Assembly (NCBI GenBank): GCA_004524445.1
Contig: SDNP01000021.1
Coordinates: forward strand, 1-55,458
DNA length: 55,458 nucleotides
Reading direction: 5' to 3'
Origin: Candidatus Thorarchaeota archaeon
Lineage (GTDB): Archaea; Asgardarchaeota; Thorarchaeia; Thorarchaeales; Thorarchaeaceae
Shown: positions 9,344 to 17,714 of the stretch, piece after piece
Layout: each line of letters opens with the position of its first letter
Position numbering within the stretch: the first letter of the stretch is position 1
Notes under the pieces: model-generated
Seen by the model: the letters and a program-made list of their open reading frames with translations, nothing else
Databases searched by the model: none
What the model was told of the DNA's origin: nothing
Program-made: the position numbers and the translations under genes

Positions 9344-10624
9344 CTATTTCTTGTGCAATTTTGGAGCGGCCACGAAAGCCAGTTCATTCTTTGTGAGATC
9401 ACGAGCAGTCCGATTCAGCGAGTCGTGCTTGTCAAGGTAGTTCCTCAGCATCTTGGGCATATCACCCGCATCCAGTATGTCGGATTTGCTCCTGAAGTAG
9501 TCAAGAATGTCACTGGGGTATTCACGCTTCTCTTCGATTTCAGGATTACCCCCTTCATGTTTTGCGCTGATATTTTTCACATGATCTGCAAGTTCGACGA
9601 GTTCATCAGTGCGGTCATAAGGTTGCCTGACGATGGATTTGTAGGTTTCAGTGATGTGATGTTCGATTCTCACGACATCAGTAAACTCGAAGGCCTCACG
9701 AACGTATGCAGCCAATTCAATAGTTTCGTTATCTACGCTGTTAGATAGATTGAATCCAATCAGTGGAGATGTTCCATCATCTCTGCTGAATAGATTGGCA
9801 GTCAATAGTGTCCATAGACATGCATATGGATTGTCATTACCCATGAAGACGGATATTTTGAATTCCATATCGATCCCCAGCTTGTGCATCATGTAACCGA
9901 CCAGCACACTTCCCGGATTGATGTTCAATACTTGTTTCACACCATAGGTTGTATAGTAGTGGAGGTATTCGTCAGCCCATTTTAGTGGGAAGTTATTTGG
10001 CATTCCAACTCCGCCAAAATAGCCAGTGATTGTTTCAGGTCCTCCTAAGTGTATATTTGTAGGAGCGCCATCAGGACCGGGTAAGGTGCCTTTGGTGTCT
10101 AGTGTTTCTACATATGATGCTCCAACAATCTGCATCCCCGCTGCAAAAGCAACGACTTGATTGTCCTCAACCTGTTCTTTCATATTCCTCACACGGATGA
10201 ATCGTCCAGGCATCAAATCTTGGCGTTCGATTGCATATTTCGCCTCTTCAATTAACCAAGGGAAATATTGGCAGGCGCTGATTTCCAAAGTTACAGCATG
10301 TTCTTCATCGAAATCGATTGAGTCTGCCGCCTCCCCCATGATCTTCCTTCTATATTCAGGTATGGCGATGAATGCCTCATCATCACGCTGCTCTTGGAGC
10401 CAGAGCAAATCGTCAACATATGGTGAATCCTTGGATTCCAACTTATCCATAAGATTAGTAAGCTGACGAGCCTCGCTAGCCTTTCTATTGATTTCTTTGA
10501 TGCTGCCATATTTCTCGATTACTTCTATCAGGCTATTCACTAATGGATTATCATCATCGAAAAAGAAATCGTTAATCTCTTCGATACGCTTCGGGTCTAT
10601 CTTGAGCTTGTTTTGTTTGGCCAT
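9344..10624 (-). CDS. conserved-looking hypothetical protein, about 426 aa
   Basis: Long ORF with enzyme-like composition; probable start MAKQN at 10624; no family recognised. Confidence 0.8.
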   Translation of the reverse strand: MAKQNKLKIDPKRIEEINDFFFDDDNPLVNSLIEVIEKYGSIKEINRKASEARQLTNLMDKLESKDSPYVDDLLWLQEQRDDEAFIAIPEYRRKIMGEAADSIDFDEEHAVTLEISACQYFPWLIEEAKYAIERQDLMPGRFIRVRNMKEQVEDNQVVAFAAGMQIVGASYVETLDTKGTLPGPDGAPTNIHLGGPETITGYFGGVGMPNNFPLKWADEYLHYYTTYGVKQVLNINPGSVLVGYMMHKLGIDMEFKISVFMGNDNPYACLWTLLTANLFSRDDGTSPLIGFNLSNSVDNETIELAAYVREAFEFTDVVRIEHHITETYKSIVRQPYDRTDELVELADHVKNISAKHEGGNPEIEEKREYPSDILDYFRSKSDILDAGDMPKMLRNYLDKHDSLNRTARDLTKNELAFVAAPKLHKK

Positions 10625-10796
10625 ATCTTGCCCATCCAATATGCCCAATCTTGGGCATCCTGTTGTTGATAGGAATGTATAGTCATTAAAAGTACTTCGT
10701 GATATGTCATTCCAATTTTGAGATTGAGTTTTCCTCAAGATGCCATTGGTTTTGTAGGCAGCTCAATAGGGGAACAAATATCTATCTGGAAAATGG

Positions 10797-11360
10797 TCAC
10801 AACTCTTCTTCAGCATCCCATAATTCCTTGCTGCCCGTAGATTGTGCCAGATACTCACGAACTTTAGGTCCGACTAGGGCAGCCACTACTACTCCGGAAG
10901 TAGCTTGAATCCAGTTAAGAAATAGGAGTTCAGCTATGGCTGCTTCATACCCGATAAGAAAAACTTCACCAACGAAATACCCTAGCATCATGATAACTCC
11001 GCCGACAACGAGACCCGCCAAATCACGGGCACCTAGTTTTCCAAATTCATTGGATCTCTTGGAAATCAGTCCCACCAGAAAACCCTCAGTGCCTTTGACG
11101 GCGAAGGTTAAAGGGGCAAAGGCAAGGTAACCCAATGAGACGTCAGCGAGAGCAGACCCCAAGCCGCCCGCGATAAATCCTCCAAGAGGACCAAGAAGCA
11201 TGCCTGAGATCATTACCAGCGTATCACCAAAATTCAGATAACCAGTACTGGTTGGAAATGGAATCGCTATTATGGCTGTGGCAATTGTCACTAAGCCTGA
11301 CATGACTGCTGTTAGAGCTACAAATACAGACGCACTGAAACTATTTCCATCGGATTTCAA
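10797..11360 (-). CDS. ECF transporter S component (HmpT/PdxU-like)
   Basis: GYLNFGD...GMLLGP...GGLGSALAD...VKGTEG signature; multiple TM segments. Confidence 0.85.
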   Translation of the reverse strand: MKSDGNSFSASVFVALTAVMSGLVTIATAIIAIPFPTSTGYLNFGDTLVMISGMLLGPLGGFIAGGLGSALADVSLGYLAFAPLTFAVKGTEGFLVGLISKRSNEFGKLGARDLAGLVVGGVIMMLGYFVGEVFLIGYEAAIAELLFLNWIQATSGVVVAALVGPKVREYLAQSTGSKELWDAEEEL

Positions 11361-11424
11361 GGTGGTTTCATCTCCGCAATGAGCAATCTAGGAGCCCACT
11401 GGTTTACGTGTAAAATAAGCTAAG

Positions 11425-11454
11425 ACTATATATAACCTTGAGCCTATATATAGG
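11425..11454. promoter_or_regulatory. candidate operator/TATA: two CTATATATA boxes, the second within the perfect palindrome CCTATATATAGG
   Basis: Seen in the 105-bp divergent intergenic region just upstream of the ThrC-wHTH gene. Confidence 0.4.
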
Positions 11455-11465
11455 TTTGATATGTA

Positions 11466-12953
11466 ATGTCATACCCTCGTGCGATATGTACAAGATGTGG
11501 CTATGAGACCGTCATAAGCACTCAAGTAGGTAGTTGCCCGAAATGTGAAGGTAGGTTGCTCATCGACTATGATGTGGAGGAGCTCAAGGAGAAAGTGCAA
11601 GGGGAGGTAAAGTCTGCACTCCAGCCGGGGATGTGGAAATATCACAGCCTTTTGCCACTGGAAAACATTGAGAATCGGGTGAGCCTAGGGGAGGGAGGGA
11701 CTTACTTCCATAAGGCCGAGGGATTAGCATCAACGTTAGACCTTGATAGTCTATACCTGAAGGATGAAACAATGAATCCAACAGGTTCATTTCTAGATAG
11801 AGGGACTGCAGTTGAGATTACTGCTCTCAGGCATGCAGGTGTGAATTCAGTGTATTGTTGGTCTACTGGCAACCTTGCAGCATCTGTTGTCGCCTATGCA
11901 GCTCGAGCAGCACTGAGATGCGCCGTATATATCCCCAGAAGAGGCAATGTTGATGTGGGAAAGCTCTATCAGATACTGGCATATGCTGCGGACGTACAAA
12001 CGGTATCTGGCGATAGGGGAGTAATGGCACGAGCGAAAAACGAAAATGGTGCCAGTCATAACATAAGGTCATCAAATCCTTACTTCTTAGAGGGGATCAA
12101 AACGACCACATTTGAAATCATTGAGCAGATGGAATGGAAAACACCCGACTGGTTAGTACTGCCTATGGGAAGCGGAGGGCATCTGTCAATGGCCCAGAGA
12201 GGCCTTCAGCAGCTGCGCCAGGTGGGACTTATTGAGGATATAGACAGTAAATTATTGGGGGTGCAAGCAAAAGGATGTTCACCCATAGTTGATGCTTTTC
12301 AAAGGAACACCGGCATCTCTCCAGTACCATCTGTGAGCACCATAGCAATTGATATTGGAATCAAAGATCCCTCCTGTGGGCAACTTGCATTGGAAGCCTT
12401 GAGAGATTCAGGAGGTATGGCCTTGGCCGTTTCTGATGAAGAGATTCTTAATGCCGTTAGAACACTTGCAAAGACCGAGGGTATTTTTGCAGAACCTGCA
12501 TCGGCAACCACAATAGCAGCTCTAAAGAAGTCAGTAGAATCAGGAGAAATTGATGCGTCAGATACAGTGGTGTGCATCATTACAAGTACTGGACTGAAGT
12601 ACCCCGATATCGCGAAATCATTTGTAAGAAATAGAGAAGACCTGAAAAATATAATTCGAAGAGTTGAGGGCCCGAGATTCACAATGAACCTTGGGGAAAC
12701 AAAAATCCTCATCATGCAGATTCTCTATAGTGGGGAATCATATGGGTATGGCATTTGGAAGACTCTGAAGGAAGAGTATGATACTAAGATTAGCATTCCT
12801 AGTGTATATCAGCATCTCAATGAGCTACGACACAATGGACTAATAGTTAAAACTCGAGAAGAAAAAACCATACGAAAGACGTCGAGGGTATATTATGCTC
12901 TAACAGAGAAGGGGAGAGAAGTATTAACCCATATCGACGAGATTTCTGACTAA
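11466..12953 (+). CDS. threonine-synthase-fold protein lacking the PLP lysine, fused to a C-terminal PadR-like winged HTH
   Basis: Zn ribbon CxxC..CxxC; NPTGSFLDRG in place of FKDRG; STGN; EPASA; C-terminal YGYGIW...SVYQHLNEL...YYALTEKGR. Confidence 0.85.
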   Translation: MSYPRAICTRCGYETVISTQVGSCPKCEGRLLIDYDVEELKEKVQGEVKSALQPGMWKYHSLLPLENIENRVSLGEGGTYFHKAEGLASTLDLDSLYLKDETMNPTGSFLDRGTAVEITALRHAGVNSVYCWSTGNLAASVVAYAARAALRCAVYIPRRGNVDVGKLYQILAYAADVQTVSGDRGVMARAKNENGASHNIRSSNPYFLEGIKTTTFEIIEQMEWKTPDWLVLPMGSGGHLSMAQRGLQQLRQVGLIEDIDSKLLGVQAKGCSPIVDAFQRNTGISPVPSVSTIAIDIGIKDPSCGQLALEALRDSGGMALAVSDEEILNAVRTLAKTEGIFAEPASATTIAALKKSVESGEIDASDTVVCIITSTGLKYPDIAKSFVRNREDLKNIIRRVEGPRFTMNLGETKILIMQILYSGESYGYGIWKTLKEEYDTKISIPSVYQHLNELRHNGLIVKTREEKTIRKTSRVYYALTEKGREVLTHIDEISD

Positions 12954-13067
12954 CTCATCAGTGTTTTCTTGCCTAATTTTGAGATAAGCGAAGTATTTTA
13001 ACACGGAAACCTCATCTTCTAAACTGAACAGTTACTTCTGTTCTAAGGTCAAGAGAGGTACGAGATA

Positions 13068-13460
13068 ATGGCAGACAAGAATTGGTTGCAAACAGATGAT
13101 TGGAAGAATGAGAAACATGTCCCGGTAATTGAGGCCCCGGACAAAGTCAAGAAGGGCGAGGTTTTCCATGTCAAGGTACAAGTAGGTAAAGAAATTTCAC
13201 ATCCGAACACGACTGCCCATCATATCAAATGGATGGACTTGTTCTTCTGGCCTGAAGGAGAAAAATTCCCCTATGAGATAGGTTACATGAGCTTTGATGC
13301 ACATGGTGCCTCGGTTAAGGGAGCAGATACAAGCACTGTGTATTGTGACCCCTATGGGGTTTTTGCGTTCAAGACAGACAAACCGGGCAAACTGATGTCA
13401 ACATCGTATTGCAATATTCATGGCTTATGGAAGCATGAGAAGAAAATCGAAGTGAAATAG
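13068..13460 (+). CDS. sor: superoxide reductase (neelaredoxin-type)
   Basis: EKHVP, HPNTTAHHI, YCNIHGLW. Confidence 0.93.
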   Translation: MADKNWLQTDDWKNEKHVPVIEAPDKVKKGEVFHVKVQVGKEISHPNTTAHHIKWMDLFFWPEGEKFPYEIGYMSFDAHGASVKGADTSTVYCDPYGVFAFKTDKPGKLMSTSYCNIHGLWKHEKKIEVK

Positions 13461-13469
13461 CACCATCAA

Positions 13470-13519
13470 ACTAGTGGGAGCTCTTGCGAATGTGAGAGCT
13501 TCTTCTAGTCTACTTTTAT
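13470..13519 (+). terminator. stem-loop plus T-tract after sor
   Basis: ACTAGTGGGAGCTCTT...GAGAGCTTCTTCTAGT followed by CTTTTTA. Confidence 0.5.
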
Positions 13520-13578
13520 TCATAGATATTTTGTCGAGAATCAATTGAAACCGGAAGATTATGATAATTAGCCGGGTC

Positions 13579-14028
13579 CTAATCGCTTTGTAATTCGAGC
13601 TCTGCGCCCCATATCACTCTTCCATCTGTAAGGCCCTTGGCAGTGAGTTTCTTTCCAAGATTCTCTTCATATTCCAGGGGAGTTTCTTCAGCAGAATCCG
13701 GGTCCCATGGCTTGATGGGAAACAGCTCATATACATCTTCGTCATCAGGTGTGATGCAATACTTATCCTAACAAACCATTTCTGACAGATTGAGTGACCT
13801 CAACGTGCCTGACACTTCTGTGTTCCATCCGTCCACTGCCGGCGTTACCGCCCTCAGCATACCCGAGGATTGCTGAATCAGCAGGGACTTTGTCCATGTT
13901 CATCGAGATGGTATCCCTCCCATGATCCTGGCTTCCTCCTCCTGTGTGGGTGCTGAGGCATCACTCCCAGCCACAGTGAGGTTTTCCACAGTTCTTACCA
14001 CGGCGGGTTCATGATCACCCGCTCTCAT
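13579..14028 (-). pseudogene. 72-aa small acidic protein gene interrupted by a 231-bp insertion
   Basis: Removing 13767-13997 gives an intact ORF MRAGDHEPAVDKYCITPDDEDVYELF...GAELELQSD whose ATG overlaps the upstream TGA (ATGA). Confidence 0.65.
13767..13999 (-). mobile_element. non-autonomous GG-flanked element (MITE-like, possibly IS607/TnpB-derived), copy 1
   Basis: Ungapped 159/189 match to 55270-55458; GG at both junctions; interrupts an ORF; encodes no transposase. Confidence 0.75.
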
Positions 14029-14615
14029 GCCCGTTTTATCCAACGAACAAACTCTGCATGCATGCGATTCTTCTGGAAAAACTCAAGTCTATAGGCTTCA
14101 TTCTCCAAATTCAGCCAGATGTGCTTGAAATCAGAATCAAAGCCAACAACCTGTATAGCCTGGAATACCTTGGGAGGCCTAAATGCGAAAACTGTAAGCC
14201 CGATGAAGATGCCAAATAATAGAACCAAACCAAAAAGATAAGGTGGCAAACCCCTCCCCAGCCATAAGTTCTCTCCAGCGGCTAGAAACGAAATAAACAG
14301 AATCGAGAATAGGATTCCGTCGCCAAGAGTACACAATACCTTGAATTTGTTCTCACCTTCATCTGTATATTGATGGGCCTCGCAGGTCGGTATGAATAAT
14401 GTGCGAGTTTTAACATCCCCAAAGCGGGTCTTTCCAAATCCGGATATTCTTGGATTCGTATATGGGCGTGCTGGATCCTCTTTTTTCTCCGATATGATCA
14501 TTTTAGTAAAGACTGTGGCCTCATCACCACAGACGGGACAGCTTCTCGGAAATGAAACCTTGTCCATCCGAGCCTTGACTATGGGTGGGTCGAATATCTC
14601 AGTCCTGAAACTCAA
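14025..14615 (-). CDS. zinc-ribbon membrane protein
   Basis: CPVC...CEAH followed by two TM helices. Confidence 0.75.
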   Translation of the reverse strand: MSFRTEIFDPPIVKARMDKVSFPRSCPVCGDEATVFTKMIISEKKEDPARPYTNPRISGFGKTRFGDVKTRTLFIPTCEAHQYTDEGENKFKVLCTLGDGILFSILFISFLAAGENLWLGRGLPPYLFGLVLLFGIFIGLTVFAFRPPKVFQAIQVVGFDSDFKHIWLNLENEAYRLEFFQKNRMHAEFVRWIKRA

Positions 14616-14862
14616 TTGGATTCACGCAGGCGATTCAATGGACTGGAGATAAAATTAGGCTAATGGTTCACGTACTTTAGTGCTAATGGTCCAATGAGAG
14701 ATTAACAAACGAACTTCTTCGGTGGTGATAGAATATGATTTCTAGCAAGAGGGGCCTTCAATCTCTTCTTATTCGGAAGCACCAACTTACCGACCCGTAG
14801 GAGCAAAACGTAAATTTGGGGGGGCAATACATCGATTAGTAGGATGAATCTCTTGATAGGAA

Positions 14863-15510
14863 TCAAAAGGTTTCGGTGGATATCTCACCGTTTTTCAAGA
14901 ACCCATTCCGATAGAGTTTCGACACGATATTATTGAATCCAGGACAGATACTCCACTGCATGGAGTATTCACATTTTTCACATGTCTGCGATATCTCCCA
15001 CATCCTTTTTCCACTCATGATAGAGACCAGCGTGAAATATATCATGAAAAGCAGGAAAAATTTTTGTTCAAACAAATAGAAGATGGAGTTTCCAAATATC
15101 AGGATCGAGAAGCTTACTAAAGCGAATGAACAGCCTAAAACAAGTTTTCTGACCAAGCGTCCTTCTGTTGTTTCTCCTAGCTTGAAATGACCTGAAATAA
15201 TAGAAAAAATGGACCCGCTCACGCCTCCATAAAATAGGAAGAATCTTGAGGGTAGAGGAAACCCATTCAACCACAATGCCGTTAATAGCCCAAATGCTGC
15301 AAAGAATGAAATGTTGTTGAATGTACACCCGATACACCATCGACGTCCACGTAGAGTGATGGTATGTGCTTTGAACGCTAAACAAAAAGGATGATGGGCG
15401 GTGAGAAAGGGACCCACGGACTTGAGAAAGAGAAGAGGCCGCCGCAAGATTTCTCCTCTATTCAGCTCCAATAGTGATTTCTCATCTGTCGTGGAAATGA
15501 TTACTTTCAC
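14863..15510 (-). CDS. Cys/His-rich membrane protein
   Basis: HHPFC, CIGC, four TM segments, CEKC...CPGF. Confidence 0.7.
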   Translation of the reverse strand: MKVIISTTDEKSLLELNRGEILRRPLLFLKSVGPFLTAHHPFCLAFKAHTITLRGRRWCIGCTFNNISFFAAFGLLTALWLNGFPLPSRFFLFYGGVSGSIFSIISGHFKLGETTEGRLVRKLVLGCSFALVSFSILIFGNSIFYLFEQKFFLLFMIYFTLVSIMSGKRMWEISQTCEKCEYSMQWSICPGFNNIVSKLYRNGFLKNGEISTETF

Positions 15511-15554
15511 CGACCAATTTACATTTTCTTTGCTTCACGATACCAAGGATTTCT

Positions 15555-15941
15555 TCATGGAGTCATTGGTATCAGATCAAACAGGAGATTGAGCCCGCCG
15601 CCTAGCAGCATAATAATCACAATAAGAACGATTACCTGTAAGATGATAAGAACAATCCAAGCTACGATTGCTCCGCCCCAACCAACTTCATGGCGACTTT
15701 TTATGAAATACCATTGAAGAATACAAGACAAGATGGGCCCAATAACTGGGACAATTATTGCTAGGTTGGAAAGAGCCATCAATAGTGCGGTGACTACTGT
15801 AGATCCAAGTTCTCTATTTCTTCCGTTCACTGGTCCTAATGCCACTCCGAGCAACAGAGCAGTGATGATGAAAGAGATTACAACCATCAACAACGCTATT
15901 GTTCCGAATGTTCCTAGGAATGGAATAAAATCTAATTGCAT
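15555..15941 (-). CDS. small integral membrane protein
   Basis: Three to four TM segments; GGAG SD. Confidence 0.7.
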   Translation of the reverse strand: MQLDFIPFLGTFGTIALLMVVISFIITALLLGVALGPVNGRNRELGSTVVTALLMALSNLAIIVPVIGPILSCILQWYFIKSRHEVGWGGAIVAWIVLIILQVIVLIVIIMLLGGGLNLLFDLIPMTP

Positions 15942-16594
15942 TTTGACTAATCCTCCGGATTACGCGAATCGTAGGCAAGCTACAGGAGTGTGGCATAAAA
16001 GAATTGCTACAGATTCGGAATGGGCTGTTCCAAAAATGTCAGGTAGTTATAACACGCTTTCAGTGCAATCCTTAAGGTAGTATGGAATCGTCAGTGGTTC
16101 TGACGAACCCATTATCAAGACATAGAGGAACGCCATTGACTGGCATGTATATTCGGGACTAAAACCAAACTCCTCAATAATCGAGAGTCACAGAGTGTTG
16201 AAGAGTAGGGAAGTTCTAAGATTTTTGGCGCCCTTTGTTTATTTTGAGGGGGCTTAGAAGCCGGCCCTTGGTACTTCTGTAATAACCACTGCGATTCAGC
16301 TTTTCCCCGAGCTAGGAATGAGCGATGCGAACGGTATAGGTCAGATAATCGAATCGATTATACCGGAGTGCAGTGCAATGGATGTATTTCCTGGGTTGGT
16401 AGTATACCTAGCCAAAAAGGCCTGATAGTTACGGCTAAACCGAAATTAGACAGTATTTAAAAATATTTTAAAGCGTTCATAATCATTTATTTTTGTTTTA
16501 CGGTTTTATGAGGTTTTAATTCTAATAACGGACTTCAGTTTTTCTAATAGTTGCTATATATGGACACTAGTATGGAGTATTCAGTGATTACACA

Positions 16595-17530
16595 ATGAAG
16601 AAATCAAAGCTTTTGATTGCATCCCTTGTTGCAGCTATGCTGGCTATAGCAGTGCCAATGGTTTCAGCACAAGGAAATGGCATTCAATATCAAGAAACAG
16701 CCGGAATGGTCAGGTTGACAACTGATGAGATCGAGATGAAGGTGACGGGTGTCGGAGAGGTTCCCCATTTCCATTGGTGGGACCCAGATAGCCCTGGTAC
16801 GGATTATCACTTGATCTTTGTCAAGTTGTTTGAGGCAAATGACACTGATTCCGATGGAGTATATAACGGAAGTGAAGACCAGATTGTCGGTTCACCATTT
16901 GCCCTACCCTCCACAGGATGGGACTTTAGCGGTTTCGAAACCGAAACTGATGATGGAAATGTTACTGCGGTGCACTTCAATTTCACAAGCACCACAGAAC
17001 ACGACCCCAGGTCTGGAGGCGAAACGGGCAATATCCCTGGCATGGCATCCTTTGATGTAAAGGTACAGCTACGTGTCCACATGGATGTAGAGAATTCCAA
17101 TGAGTTGAAGTTCGACGTGATCATTGACGGTTGGAACTGGACCTACGATGACTCGATTCTTGTCTTACAGTTCACTATCAGTGAGAGCAGTCACGGAGAG
17201 GAACAGGGCTCCAGAGATCCAAGCGATTTCGGACGCACAGGTAACCAATTCCAGTTCAATGGCGCCTATATGGAATATGCAGAAACTGCACGGGCTGCTC
17301 AGAACACATTGGAAGTTAGGGCCAGCTACGGCGATTCGGCAGGTCAACAGGCAGGCAATGCGATTTACTTGGCTTTCGAATACTTTGGTAATGAAACACT
17401 AGAATATGACCCCACCTTGGGCATTGGATCGGATGGCGTCCTCCCCAGTGATAACACAATGCTGTTGCTGATTGGTGGCGGAATTGTTGTCGTAGTCGTA
17501 ATTGCTCTGATTGTCAAGTTCAGAGGATAG
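16595..17530 (+). CDS. secreted, C-terminally anchored beta-rich surface protein
   Basis: Signal peptide ending VSA; N-x-S/T sequons; YDPTLG before a TM helix and KFRG tail. Confidence 0.85.
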   Translation: MKKSKLLIASLVAAMLAIAVPMVSAQGNGIQYQETAGMVRLTTDEIEMKVTGVGEVPHFHWWDPDSPGTDYHLIFVKLFEANDTDSDGVYNGSEDQIVGSPFALPSTGWDFSGFETETDDGNVTAVHFNFTSTTEHDPRSGGETGNIPGMASFDVKVQLRVHMDVENSNELKFDVIIDGWNWTYDDSILVLQFTISESSHGEEQGSRDPSDFGRTGNQFQFNGAYMEYAETARAAQNTLEVRASYGDSAGQQAGNAIYLAFEYFGNETLEYDPTLGIGSDGVLPSDNTMLLLIGGGIVVVVVIALIVKFRG

Positions 17531-17538
17531 ACTCTAAT

Positions 17539-17575
17539 CGGGAGCGGTTATCCCCGCTTCCGTCTTTTCTTTTTT
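17539..17575 (+). terminator. stem-loop plus T-tract
   Basis: CGGGAGCGG-TTATCC-CCGCTTCCG then TCTTTTCTTTTTT. Confidence 0.6.
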
Positions 17576-17714
17576 CAATTCTTCTTGAGTAATACTTCGC
17601 CTTTTTCCAAACAGAATACATTCAATCAGCAACCATAATAAAGAAGTGTTCAAGAAAAGGACACAAGACAAAGACACTGTTGTCAAGAGTCCAGCCCCTT
17701 CGGAGATTTGTCAC

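Noticed and set aside
13768-13998. The insert can be read as G|GTAAGA...TTTGTTAG|G, a spliceosomal GT-AG intron look-alike
   Set aside because: Copy 2 ends ...TCTG|G rather than AG, and the GG at both junctions already explains part of the match. No bulge-helix-bulge motif forms either. Treated as coincidence unless RT-PCR shows splicing.
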